A stretch of DNA of 64,000 nt from Euprymna scolopes (Eukaryota). The translations under genes were made by a program, and so were the position numbers. The stretch lies in NCBI GenBank assembly GCA_053919585.1, contig CM132802.1; one strand, written 5' to 3'. Of this stretch, positions 40,660-53,110 are shown one piece after another (position 1 is the stretch's first letter; every line of letters starts with the position of its first letter). The notes beneath the pieces were generated by a model. The model was not told the DNA's origin. It ran no database searches and worked only from the letters and a program-made list of their open reading frames with translations.

Positions 40660-40714
40660 CATCATAATTATTATTATTAATATTATTATCATCATCATAA
40701 TCATTATTATTAAT

Positions 40715-40751
<37 letters not shown>

Positions 40752-40769
40752 GCATCATCATCATCATCA

Positions 40770-41075
40770 AGGATCTTTCACACAGGTTCTAAAGAATCTC
40801 TTATTGAAAACAACCTGTGGTATTCTTTGGTAGCTGATTGACAATAAGTATCTCCAGTTTCCCAGTGCTCTCAAACCTCTTCTGGTTACATTTGCAAATA
40901 AATTTACCTTCTCGCAACACTCGCTTACTGTCGATTCCTAGCCCGCATCGGGATTTTGTCTTCATTGGAATTTGGTCCCAGTCTTCCTCGCACTTGTCCA
41001 GCAGAGATTTGGTCAGTGCTCTCTTCTAGGTCTTTCCTTCTTCCTCGACATTTCTCGGCTATTTGGCATTATTCT
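40770..41075 (-). repeat. Copy of the 28330 repeat
   Basis: Colinear similarity to 28330-28660; abuts an (ATC)n/(ATT)n tract. Confidence 0.55.
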
Positions 41076-41785
41076 TTTGTGGGAGGGCGGTGGTTGCGTA
41101 ATAGAAGACGGGGGAGTGGATGGTTTAGAGGATAGAGACCTTATAGATATGTATATTCAATGTTCTGGGTTCCATGTAACGCTGCTTCATGTTTTGTCTC
41201 TGCAGAAGTTCGTCTGGTTCGCGCATGAGACAACATTATTATTATTAGTAGTAGTAGTAGTATACGGAGTAGTAGTAGTAGTAGTAGTAGTAGCAGCAGT
41301 AGTAGTAATATTTTTGCCAATTATTTTCCTAGTAAGAAAGTAAAGTATTTGTATATTAAATGGGGTAGATGCTGATTGTGTTTAGCACAATTCATGATAA
41401 CGCGTTCTCTAAAGTAATTGACTCATAAAAGATTAACGTTTGTCAAGCCCGGCCCGGATAAATAATTGAGGTACTATTTTACAAATTCGTACAACCATTT
41501 ATTCTTTCTCTTATTTAACGAGACGTGGGTAGAATAATAAAAAAAAGAACGCAGATAACAAAAAGTCCAAAGAAAATGTGCCACGGGCCAATAGATCAAC
41601 GCAAACTATCAATAATTCCGACTCTGGAGAATTCAGACATACATAATGAATGTTTTATTGATTAGTAATGGCCTGAACTTGCACCTTTAAAAGCTTGACC
41701 TCTGTAAAGTTAATAAACGGACAAAACAGATAATAAACCCCATATGCAACGAATGAATAAAAACAGAAAAGAAAAATTCAATGTA

Positions 41786-41840
<55 letters not shown>

Positions 41841-42108
41841 GTACTCTTCAGAATAGTTTTTATTTAACAATCAGTTGTTATGGAAACGTGAGATTGTAAA
41901 GTTTACAAACTATTACTGGTAGTAATATTCTATAAGTTATCCCATCTAAACAAGAATTGCTCGATATGCAAGATAGAGCAAATAAATTAAATTTTGATTC
42001 AATTAACTTTAAAAAAACTCGCATTATAATGAAATGAAGTGGTTGAGTTTCATCTCAAAGAATGTTTATTATTTTAAGCAAGACAAAGAATGCTTCAGAA
42101 GATTAACC

Positions 42109-42151
42109 TCCTTAACATATAGGGTTTCGATGTCTACCATCTCATCAGAGG
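42109..42151 (-). ncRNA. Minimal hammerhead motif
   Basis: Minus: CCT CTGATGA GATG-gtaga-CATC GAAAC cctatatg TTA AGG; core and stem II perfect, stem III mismatched. Confidence 0.6.
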
Positions 42152-42193
42152 GGGGAAAATATTGGCAAATATATATATATGTGTGTATGTATG

Positions 42194-42240
<47 letters not shown>

Positions 42241-42247
<7 letters not shown>

Positions 42248-42349
42248 GATTAAGCTACACAGAATATTCCACGTTCCTAAACGTTAGGATTTATTAGAAT
42301 GATGAATCCTAGCGTGGATGAAACGCGGAATATTCTGTGTAGCTTAATC

Positions 42350-42404
<55 letters not shown>

Positions 42405-42515
42405 TATAACTGCCTACCTAGCTCTACCTACGCATTGGCCACTGTTGAAGAAAATACTTGAAGTTTACGCATAAGTTTATACTTTCGTATAAAATTTTAT
42501 GTGATTAAATGAAGT
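42241..42515. mobile_element. Copy of the 31742 palindromic hammerhead element
   Basis: Palindrome 42241-42358 with TGATGA ATCC..GGAT GAAACGCGGAATATTCTGTGTA GCTTA; same 3' tail after an internal (TA)n expansion. Confidence 0.75.
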
Positions 42516-42546
42516 GTATATATATATATAAATATATATACATATA

Positions 42547-42579
<33 letters not shown>

Positions 42580-43062
42580 TCGTGAAACAGCAAGCAGATT
42601 AAAATCTGTCGATCCACCATAAGTATTCTTTCAATTTTAATTACTTAGATACCTTCGCAGGCCATTTTTTATTTGTTGATAAAATCGGTTAAAAGTTATC
42701 CCATGTCCGACTACCCTATATATTATATTTCAAGTTTGTAGATTAAAAATTCGTTGATTATATCGATTGAGGTGTGTCCTTACGTACACAGACACAATCC
42801 TAACTGTCATAGATATATAGAGAGACAAAGAAAAGGTCACTTCCTGCTCTGAACTTGGGAACGTGATTTTTTTCTCTGCTACAAGAGTCATTACAATCAA
42901 TAAATATAAAAGACGAAAATTACTCTTAATCGCTTGGAAGTATTAGATTTTTCCGTTGTTCAGATTAAATCCTTGGAGTGGAAATACATAATATTATTAA
43001 TCTCAATTTTTATTTTATTCTTTAAACCTCTATCGTTCATAACATCTCTATCTACTTTCTCC

Positions 43063-43102
<40 letters not shown>

Positions 43103-43204
43103 ATGATGATTACAACGTCTTGTCAGACGAGTGCCACTTCCTCAGACACTTAAAGTCCATGAGCCCAAAAATGACTTCCATCGTCACAGGACCATTTTAA
43201 TAGA

Positions 43205-43675
43205 CACATGCGTGAGGAAGTATATGTACACAGATGATGTTATAGTCTTAGCTTTGTGCGACAGCTTAGTCTCTCTCTCTCTCTCGGTTCAAAATGTTGA
43301 GATCCAGCAAAAAGCAAGAGCAAGATAGCCAGCAACAAGTTAAACTGCAGACCAGCTTAATTACAGGCACTGGCCTCCCGCCTTATGTTTTGTTTTTATC
43401 AGAGATGTGCTTCTCATAGAAAGGCTACCTTCACCACGCCTTACGGGAGCCCTCTCCACCCCAACACACACATACATACACACAACACACACAGGGTGCT
43501 AGTTGGCCGTTGACCCCGAAAAAATGTTCATTCGCCCTTTGAAAGGTCTTGTTTTTAATCGTTCAGGGAGACTAGCCGACCTCCTCACCAAACAAGTCTG
43601 GTGGGGGAACCAGTTTATTCGCCGGTGATCCGACCATGAGGCAAGTAGTACTGAGTTACATGGTACCAGTAGCAT
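43205..43675 (-). repeat. Copy of the 3908-4360 repeat
   Basis: Reverse-complement match along its length. Confidence 0.75.
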
Positions 43676-43707
43676 ATATATATACATACATACGTACATG
43701 CACACAC

Positions 43708-43748
<41 letters not shown>

Positions 43749-43825
43749 TAACAATAAAAGAAAAATACAAGTGATGGTTGACGTTATGGGTTTAGATAAG
43801 GAAAACCGAAAATTAATAAAATAGT

Positions 43826-43867
43826 AATCAACGTTTCGTCCATATTTCAGAGAACATCATCAGGATT
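43826..43867 (-). ncRNA. Minimal type I hammerhead ribozyme
   Basis: Minus: AATC CTGATGA t GTTC-tctgaaatat-GGAC GA AACGTT GATT; palindromic stem III, GUU triplet. Confidence 0.7.
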
Positions 43868-43929
43868 TCGTAGCAAGAATGTAGAAGAAAACGATTACAA
43901 ACCACATACGAGTGAAAAAGGATTTATTG

Positions 43930-44378
43930 CATGGGAAATGTACACACACACACACAGGCATATACAGAGACAGACACACATACACACAGACACGTTCACT
44001 TTTATTGATATATAGACTAGCATGGGTTCCTTGCGTTGCCCGGGTGTTTGGAGGTGTATGCTGAGCGAAAAAAAAGGTCAACTTTTTTTTTAACTTTGGT
44101 TCCTATTATTACCCCATAACATTTATTGTTTTGGGCTCAAATAAAGGTGTTAAGTTAGATCCATTAACAAGGAACCTATATAAAAAATTGACGAAGGAGT
44201 TTGGTAGAGTTCTCAAAGGTCAAACTGTTGTACTTTGACCCGTTAACTACCAAATTTCGAGCCGAAAACCGATCACAAATATTTTCACCAATTCCCAGTA
44301 CCCTTTATATCAACTTTCTAGACTTAAAATTAACAGAGTTATTGCATAAGGAAATGTACACACACATATACACGTTCA

Positions 44379-44385
<7 letters not shown>
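43930..44385 (-). mobile_element. Non-autonomous Helitron plus abutting 5' fragment of a second copy
   Basis: CTAG end at 44017-44020 preceded by hairpin; on minus directly followed by TCTATATATCAATAAAAGTGAACG. Confidence 0.75.
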
Positions 44386-44437
<52 letters not shown>

Positions 44438-45849
44438 TGCGTTTTATGGTTTAATTCCTGATCTCTATTAGTAAATTCCGACGAGTATGCTCGAGCACAT
44501 TTTTACAGACTATATTGTTGTTTCTTCTTGCCGCTTAATCAATAAATTCTTAGTTTTGGAACTTTGTGCTACCTCCTCTTGCCTCCTGATAGAGATAAAT
44601 TTTCCACGACGGCCATTATTGCCAGCCACAATATAAATATGAAGGCTTACAATTTCGATGCGAAATTATAAACAATTTTGACACATACACACATAGCAAT
44701 GGTATGAAAACTCTGGTTTAATTTAAAATTTCTTTATAGAAAGGTCAATGCACGAACTGACACAGGTAATGCGACCTTTTTTTAAACTGCTTTATGTCAC
44801 GTTATGTCTGTTGCGTTTTGTTGTATTTCTTTGGATTTTAACCGTGTTGTCTATTTAATCTGTTAAATAGAGTTTCAAGTTATTAAGGAATGTATATACG
44901 ACAATTAGTTGTTTCACAAAAAAAAGAGAAACTTGACGTAAATTTATAAAAAAAAAATACAATTTATTTTCTGTTCAATTCTTTCTTAATGTGTTATGCA
45001 GAGAGAGAGAGAGAGATGGGGTATTGTAGAGTGTGGTAGATGATACAAAATGACTGACTTTTTCCTTGTCAGCCATTTGTTTTTATTTACAAATACTTTA
45101 GATAGGAATTTCACTCTTCCATGCAGGATTCCGTGGGCCGTGATTGAAATTTGTCCAAGGCCAAATTTCAATGTGACTGTTTTTCAAAACTACTCAATCG
45201 ACGAATGTTGATTTCAAAGCTTCTGCGCTATTCTTTGAATTGTTATGACTTTGGATGATATTTCTTGGTTTGAAAATTTCCACAATATTAGCGTGTGTGC
45301 ATTCAGATCCATATGGGTTTGGACAAAACCAGCAATAATTGCGGCGTTGCCAGAATATTATTTAATAGGTCTACTGCATATGATACTAAAAGATGGACAG
45401 GAGAAGAATTTGGACTTGCAAATAATTTTCATTGCGTTTTAAAAACACTTACTCGGCCAGTTTTCATGATAAACCAATGCAAGATTTATTAGTTTATTCT
45501 GGAAACTTACGGAGTAAGTGTTTTAAAACATAATGTAAAATGACCTGCATTGAATCTTTCTCCGATATAAACATCTTGTCCGAATTTAGTATGATGAAGA
45601 ACAGAACAAGCTTGACATACGACCACAAAAAAATGTGTCATTTTTTTGTGGTTGAAGCACATTGGCGTTATATTACCTATATTTACAACCGTTGCAATAT
45701 TCGCTTTTGCTAGCCACACGCAAAGGTATTTGTGTTTCATAGTTATTTTTATGTCAGGCGATCGACTGAGATTCAATGGATGTCCCTTCAACCATAAAAC
45801 ATTCACACAACACCAATCCATATATTATTTCTGTTTTTTAGTTCTTGGA

Positions 45850-46320
45850 GATGAAACTTCATGATTTCTGTATCTATTTTTTGCGGACTGTTATTTTCAT
45901 CTCCATAGTTTTATTTAACCACATTTCAACCAACTATTCCTCTGGCATTCTTTGAGTTGATTAATCGCGACGGAATAATAAAATGCCGGGCCTTGTAAAT
46001 GTATCTACAGTAATTACTGCCTTCGGGGCTCGGACGCTGTAAATACATGTGTTGAGTCTCTGCGGTTCCAAGTGAGTATTGACTGAAGAAAACGGATTCG
46101 ATCCTACTCAAAGCATACGAGATGATTACTGGGCAAAAACGTGGTTAGACAGCAACAACTATAGATGTAAGTATTTACTGGGGATACGGTTATAAGGCTC
46201 AGAATTTCGATCCCGCCGCGGTTAACCACCAGAAGGAGGTCAGTAGTTGTTCGAAACGTGATAATACAACAACTATAAAGAAGATAAGTTCACCAAAAAA
46301 TCAGTAAAAACACATCTAAC
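45850..46320. mobile_element. Old diverged relative of the 21255 inverted-arm family
   Basis: 45870-46020 roughly reverse-complements 46170-46310 (cagaaggaggtcagtagttgttcgaaacgtg..aactataaagaagataa); minus arm has gatgaaaataacagtccg..ttcatctc. Confidence 0.5.
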
Positions 46321-48157
46321 TACAACCACTATCAAATATTTTGTTTACTGTCTATTTCTGTTAAAATATATACGAATGCTCCATGAGAAAAAGAAGGTTT
46401 TTCTATTAAACCTCAGGTGGAATAAATAGCGCGAGCCTGCTTTAAAGCTGCGTACACCATGGTCGATTACAAGTCTAATGTAAACAAAATCTATGTTGGA
46501 CTGTCATCTAAAATAATAAAATTCTATCGCATTTGAATTACTACTGATCATTTGAGTGCGGTCTCACCGGCGACCCATAAAACCATACCGTAGAGTCGAC
46601 TTCGGGCGTTTATAAACAGTGCAATCTTGTAAACAATATATATCCCAAAATCTCCAAAATCAGAGACTCACTATTTGTTATGAATTAAGGTTATTCCGCA
46701 TCGATTTCATAAAATAGCATGCCATTTAATTATGTACTGAAAGAGTTCAAATATAAATGTTATGCTCCAATGTTTTGCAATCTTGATTTATATGTTGTCG
46801 ACTAAAACAGCATAAAATGAAACAATCTTTATAAGAAAAACAAAACAAAACCAACAACAAAAAAAATTAAACAACAAAATAAACGGTTCACTATTTTAGA
46901 AGTTTATTTCCTCCTTGATGGTAGCCAAAGATTAATCTTGTCCGTAACACTAAACACATGTCGAAATCGAACTGATCGAAGTAATCAATCATCCCCTTAA
47001 ATGGCTTTGCGTGAATACATCTAACAACAGGAAAGGCTGACGGAGATTAACGTGACGTGGATGGATAGGGAAGAGCAGCGAGGAATGTGGAGGGGGGGCT
47101 ATAAAACTTTCCTATCAGTCGCATTCATCTGTTTGTAATTATTTGTTTGGCGTTCCTGTCTCTCTCTCTCTCTCTCTCACTCTCTGTTTATTTATCATTT
47201 CCTCCCCCCCATCTCTATCTTTAGTTTTACCCTTTATTTCTCGCTGTAGCTCACGTTGGTTTTTAGTTCTAACTTTAATCTTTCAACCTCTCTTTTGCTT
47301 TCTCCCTTTGTATTTCTCTTGTTAGATCTCTCTCTCTCTCTTTCTCCCCTTTCTCTCTCTCTTTCTCTCCCCCCCCCCCGCCCTTCTCTTGCTCTCTCCT
47401 TTCGGTTAAGGTAACAAACTATATCATTTTCAATCATCTCTTAGTAATTTGTTTTTCGTTTCCGTTTCTTTCTATTTCTTTCTTCTATTATTCTCCCTCT
47501 CCCTCTTTGGCACTTGTTCATTATTCTTTACTGCTTGAGCTCCCTTTAGCCTACCCCCTCTCTTTCATCACTTTTCTTATCGACTTCCTCTCCTCCCCCC
47601 TCTCTCTGTGTCAATCTCTCTTTGTGCTTCTTATTTGCCTTTAGCAAGATTATCAACAAAATTCATCTGTTAGTATTTAAGTTTATCATCTCTCTTTTTC
47701 ATCGCGCGCGTTTAGATTGCATATTTCCCCAAGTTATTTTCATCTTCCATTATTTTTAGCAAATTATCACACAAAATTATTCTTATAGCCTTTTATTTCC
47801 TATCTTTGTCTTTGTCTCTCATCCTCTTCAATATTCTATTTGATCTTTCATTCTCTATCTCCCATTGTCTATTGCTCTTTCTCTCTATCTCCCCCTCCCT
47901 CTCTCTCTCTTTTTTTCTCTCTGTGTCTTTCTCGGTTTATTAATTTATACTTTCGGGTGACGATGGATAATATAATCCAATTATTATCCGATAAATAATC
48001 AATCCGAATACTCGGTTTGCAATTATCTGTTTTGCAATAATTGCCTTTGTGCTTTTCATCATAGCATATACATCTATCTTCATCTCATATTCCATTACTC
48101 GCTACTTCTCTATTTCTCATGTTCTTCCCTAATTTAACACGTTACCTTTTCTCTTTA

Positions 48158-48611
48158 TCTATATATCTATAAAAGTGAACGCATTTGTGTGTGTGTCTGT
48201 CTGTCTGTCTGTGTACATTTCCCTACTCTGTCCGTTTTTAGTCTACAAACTTGAAATTTGATATACAGGGTACTGAGATTTGGGAAAATCTATGTGATCA
48301 GGTTTCGGCCAGAAGTTTGACTGTTAAGGGGTCAGAGTACAATGATTTGACGTTTGAGAACTCTACCAAACTACTCCGCCAATTTTAGGTCTAAACACTT
48401 GACCTTTTAGATATAGGTTAATTGGGCAGGGATCTAACTTAATAACTTGATTTGAGCCCAAAACAATAAATGTTAACGGGTGATAATAGGGGTCAAAGTT
48501 AAAAAATTGACTGTTCTTTTCTTTTTTGTTGTTGTGTTTTTTGGTTTTTTGCTTTTCTTTTGCTCAGCATACACCTCCAAACACCCGGACAACGCCGGGC
48601 ACCCATGCTAA
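48158..48611 (+). mobile_element. Complete non-autonomous Helitron (~450 bp)
   Basis: 5' TC terminus, 3' hairpin cccggacaacgccggg then CTAA (CTRR); inserted between host A and T; further copies at 9998 and 44017. Confidence 0.85.
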
Positions 48612-48813
48612 TATTTCTATAATGTTATCTTTTTCTATCTCTGATTTACCCCCCCCCTCTTTTTGCTTCGTAACCTGTCTATTCTTCTCTATGTATGTTT
48701 TTATCCATTTATTTCTCTTCCCGTGTCTGCATCTCTCTCTTCTTTCTTTTTCTCTTTTTATTTCTCCCTCTTGTTCAGTTATTTCTTATTTTTATCAGTC
48801 ACAATAGAAACTA

Positions 48814-49674
48814 CAGAGTAATACGATAAAATTAGCACCCTAGAAAAGATGATATGATTCCATTTCCGTTTGATGAAAACGGTTTTCCTTCTTTGTTACA
48901 GACCGTCTCTTAGTTGGCCAGTTTTTTTACTAATACCAAGAGCGATAGGAGCCGTCTATTATGTTTGTAAGTGACACAATTTTCAACGTGCGAGATAAGA
49001 GATGCGCTTTTGCAGAACACACGCTCTCTACCAATCAAAGTTATGACAAGAGAACCACTGCAAGCACCCTGCAAATGTATCACTGGATTGCCATGAATAA
49101 CACGGGCGTGTCCAACGTGATGAAAACAAAGTTACCAGCCACGGTTGTGTCTTTTGTGTGGTTTTAAGTGCGGGCCACATCATGTCACCTCACATCTTCG
49201 AATTCGTTCGAAAGTGTACCTGGATTTGCTGAATAGTGTGTGATCCTCTGGTACAATCAGATGTCCAGTGAAAGACCCTTAATGTGGCAGCATGGTTCAG
49301 CACCGGCCACAAGGCCAAAGTGTGCTAGGCTTGTATTCAGAAGGAGTGCAACGACTTTATACCTTTTACTTACTTGCCTCTACTTCTCCTATGAACTAAA
49401 CTTACTGAACTACGTCGTTTGGTCATACTTCTTCCACAAAACTAAGGCCAGGCTGATCGACACAATCCACAGAAGATTCGCCGAACTCCTGGCGGCGCTT
49501 GTAGAAAAAGCATGCTTCCAATCCTGAACCTGCATCGAGTCTGTGGTTGATGCTGAAAGCGGCCAGCTCTACTATATAATCAAGTAACCTGAATTAATAT
49601 TTTCAATAAAAGTTTTAATATGAATTTGTAGTGTTGTTTTGCTTAGGGCGACATTTTAATCGTTCCACGCGGTG
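48814..49674 (+). mobile_element. Internally deleted Tc1/mariner (DD37D/maT-like) transposon
   Basis: Remnants MKTKLPATVV..GHIMSPHIFE, WQHGSAPA, LNLLNYVVWS; degenerate TIRs (cagagtaatacgataaaatt..cccta / tagggcgacattttaatcgttccacgcggtg) flanked by TA. Confidence 0.75.
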
Positions 49675-50019
49675 TATGCATTTAATGGGTGGTCCAGCTT
49701 ATTTTGTTCATTTTTTTTTTTTTTTGGTGTGCGAGTTTTTTTTTTTTTTATATGCGTGGCGTTTGGCCGATTGAGATAAAAGAAATTAGACGCTGTTTGA
49801 TATCATATCATTTTCATATTGTTTCTATTAAACAAAGAGGAAAATTCAAAAGTAATTGAATATGTACATTGGCGTTTACACGCATGTACACATATGTATG
49901 CGTGCATACACATATACATGAGTACATACACATATGCATGCGTACATACACATATGCATGCGTACATACAGATATACACGTAAATCTATATCAATCAACG
50001 CTTTTTTTATTATTAAATT

Positions 50020-50550
50020 TTCATCCCAAACAAGGCACATTGCCACTTTGGTGTAGGGGGATACTATCAGGAGCAGCAACTACTGGGGCACTATGTTGGG
50101 ATTTGGGCAGCAAGTTTGGGAAGCAGGAATGTGGAATGGAATTCCAGAATCTAGCGGTTCTGGGGAAGAAACTACTGGCGTAGAAAGATATTTTACATCT
50201 AGGGATCTCTACTGAGTGGGGGTGGGATTAGGCTGCCTGTCTGGTTTGTCGAGTGTGTCTACGTCGTGGGGGCACAAGTGTCTGCAGTTCGTCAGAGCAT
50301 TCACCATTAAAATACTTGTAGAACAAACAGAGTGATGCAACGTTTCGTCGATGGGACAGAGGCTGAAGCTTAGATGCCAGTTTAGGGCCTATCAGATTGG
50401 CGACTCTTTTTTTTAACCTTGTCTAGGAGCGAGAGACTAGTAGCAGATGCACCAGCCCAAATGTGACAACAATACTCAATACATAAGCGAATGGTGGCCT
50501 TATAGAGGTACAGGATACTTTCAGGTGTCAGTATTTTTGTAGCACGCTTA
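50020..50550 (-). mobile_element. CR1-group LINE 3' fragment, different subfamily
   Basis: Minus: LYKATIRLCIEYCCHIWAGASA and FYASSFFPRTARFWNSIPHSCFP. Confidence 0.8.
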
Positions 50551-51424
50551 CATGAATAAAGTCCTAAAGCTACTAGGGGATGTTTTAATGGAATTCACGA
50601 ATGGAATAACTGTTACTGTGAATAAAACAATTATACTAAATTAATTTTATCAAATCAACTAAGTTTTTTACAGTGCAATGTAGATTACAGTATATTGATA
50701 TTAACACTGTTTGCTATATTTATATATGTATCTGTACATATATTTGTATTAAATGTTTTGCCTACCAAACTCCTTTATATGTTTTCCTCAACGGACACGG
50801 AACTTAAACTATGCGGTATTCGTACCCATGCAAACCATTATATTTGGGTTTTAGCCGGGGAAAATCTGTTCAAATGAGTGAAAACTAAAATTAAAGAAGG
50901 AAATTGCCAGATAAAGGTCTAACGAATATGCATGTGTAACGTAATAGCTATGGGTTCATGTGTTTATTTTAAGCCTTGCAGCAAACATGTCTTAATGGAA
51001 ACGTAAAAAAGAAAAAGTAGCAGCTTACCGTTTAAAAGAAAACCACCTATTTTATTGAATACAAATGAAGTATAACATTTAACATGGCTATATCAAGATA
51101 CGTATGAGTGCGATGAAAATTGTATAAAAAATGTCCAGACAATCGGTCCAGTGGATATTAAGATGATCGGTTAGTAACTAACATACATTTACACACATAA
51201 ACTCGAACGCACACACACACACAAACACGCATATATATATATATATGGACTCGGATTTAATAAATTATGATAGGTTATGCAAAGTAAGGGTTGTAAATTT
51301 GGGTTGAATTTGGGGGTATCAAAACCGAAGCAAAATATGGTGAAAGTAAAAATAAAATAGATAATACCCACAATTTATTATACCATACCTGTTCACACTG
51401 AAACATTTATCACAATATTCTGTG

Positions 51425-51506
<82 letters not shown>

Positions 51507-51980
51507 TGCAAAACTTTGTGACATATTTTCATTCTATGGAGGTCAGGTACGAACAAACACCCCATAATTTTATTGTACCATATTTCTTCAAACTGAAACA
51601 TAACTATCAAAGTATACTTACGCAGATAGATATGAAAATTTTTTATTAACGATTGTGCCTATTTCTATTCTATGGATGCCAGGCGCGAATGCAGACCCCA
51701 CAATTTTATTATACCATCCTTATTAAAGTTAAAACATGCTTATCAAAGTATTCTTATGTACATCTATATCAAAAACACTTGTAAAGTTTTTTTTTTTAAT
51801 TTTTATTTTTTTTATTTCCGTACTTTGTAGACCAGGCGCGAACGCAGACCCTACAATTTTAATGAACCATCGTTCTGCCAGATCAAACATACCAATTCCT
51901 GTGTGTCGATACATCCTCTATCATTACATGCAATCAGTTTTTTTTTTTAAATAGGCAACCATATAGGAGCCTATTCGTGA

Positions 51981-52026
<46 letters not shown>

Positions 52027-52114
52027 TCAGCTTTAAATCTCACAGAAGAGATGTTGCGAGTTTGTCTCTGATGTATCGTTATTTTCATGGAAAGTGTTCG
52101 AATGAGCTTCAATC

Positions 52115-52480
52115 TATGGTCCCCCCTCGCCAAACTTTCACAAGAAACATCGTCTAGCTGTAAACACTATCAATAATTCCCCCCCACTCTTTATCTGTGC
52201 CTAAACCTAAACGTAGATTCCATGAACAAAGCTTTTTTCTTAGAACTGCACACCTGTGGAATTGTCTTCCGTTTTCCTGCTTTCCGGCTGACTACAATAT
52301 GGTTGTCTTCGAGTCTAACGTAAATAAGTTCTTGATGCGTCGTTCCATATAAGTTATCAACTTTACCAAATTTTCATTACTAATGATTACTATAATGTCC
52401 AATTTCTACTGTACACTCTTTAACCCTTATCCTTGAGTGGCCTCTTGGCCTTGATAATGTGGTGATGCCTATGTCAAACA
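52115..52480 (+). mobile_element. CR1-group LINE 3' fragment
   Basis: Matches 59570-59926. Confidence 0.85.
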
Positions 52481-52536
<56 letters not shown>

Positions 52537-52859
52537 TGTATGGTCTTCCACGAAGAGTATTGTCTCGTTTTAATACATGTGTACTTCTAGAGAGCCAATT
52601 GTTTTAAGCTGAGATTGAAACATGTGTCGAACTGAGAGTCGGCCCCTTATAGCCCACCGCTATCATATAGCAGTCGCTAAATGTAAGCGCATTCTAGATG
52701 TCAACAATGTAAGCATTTTTTTTAGCGAATCTGAGTACTTCATTTTAAAGGCGATGTCTAAAGCTTAGTGGAATATATCGGTGTCAACCAAATGCACATG
52801 CAAAAGAAAAGAACGTCACTGGTAAGGAAAAACGAGTTAAAAACATAGCGATCAGGGTA

Positions 52860-53110
52860 GAAACGTAGATGACGTTCGAGATGAAGTTAGAGACGTGGAG
52901 GACGTTCAGGAAGCCAATCACGTAAGCGACGTCACAGCGGTAACGAGAGACTGATGAAATAAATGTTGTACAACAAAAAATGGAGTTTACTTGAAATTTT
53001 CATATTCTTTGTCAGCCTTGACGACTGAGCAAACAGCGTGTTAGTTCCGGGACAACGTCACATTAGTGAACCCACGGCGATTTTAATACTTAGTGAGGGA
53101 AAGGTGAGCG
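52860..53110 (+). promoter_or_regulatory. Candidate promoter (CCAAT plus CRE-like cluster)
   Basis: TGACGT, GACGTGG, AGCCAATCA, GACGTCA and ACGTCA clustered; donor-like AAG|GTGAGC at ~53103. Confidence 0.3.

Noticed and set aside
18364-42515. CRISPR array or bacterial terminator interpretation of the palindromes
   Set aside because: Eukaryotic context, no repeat-spacer periodicity and no cas genes.
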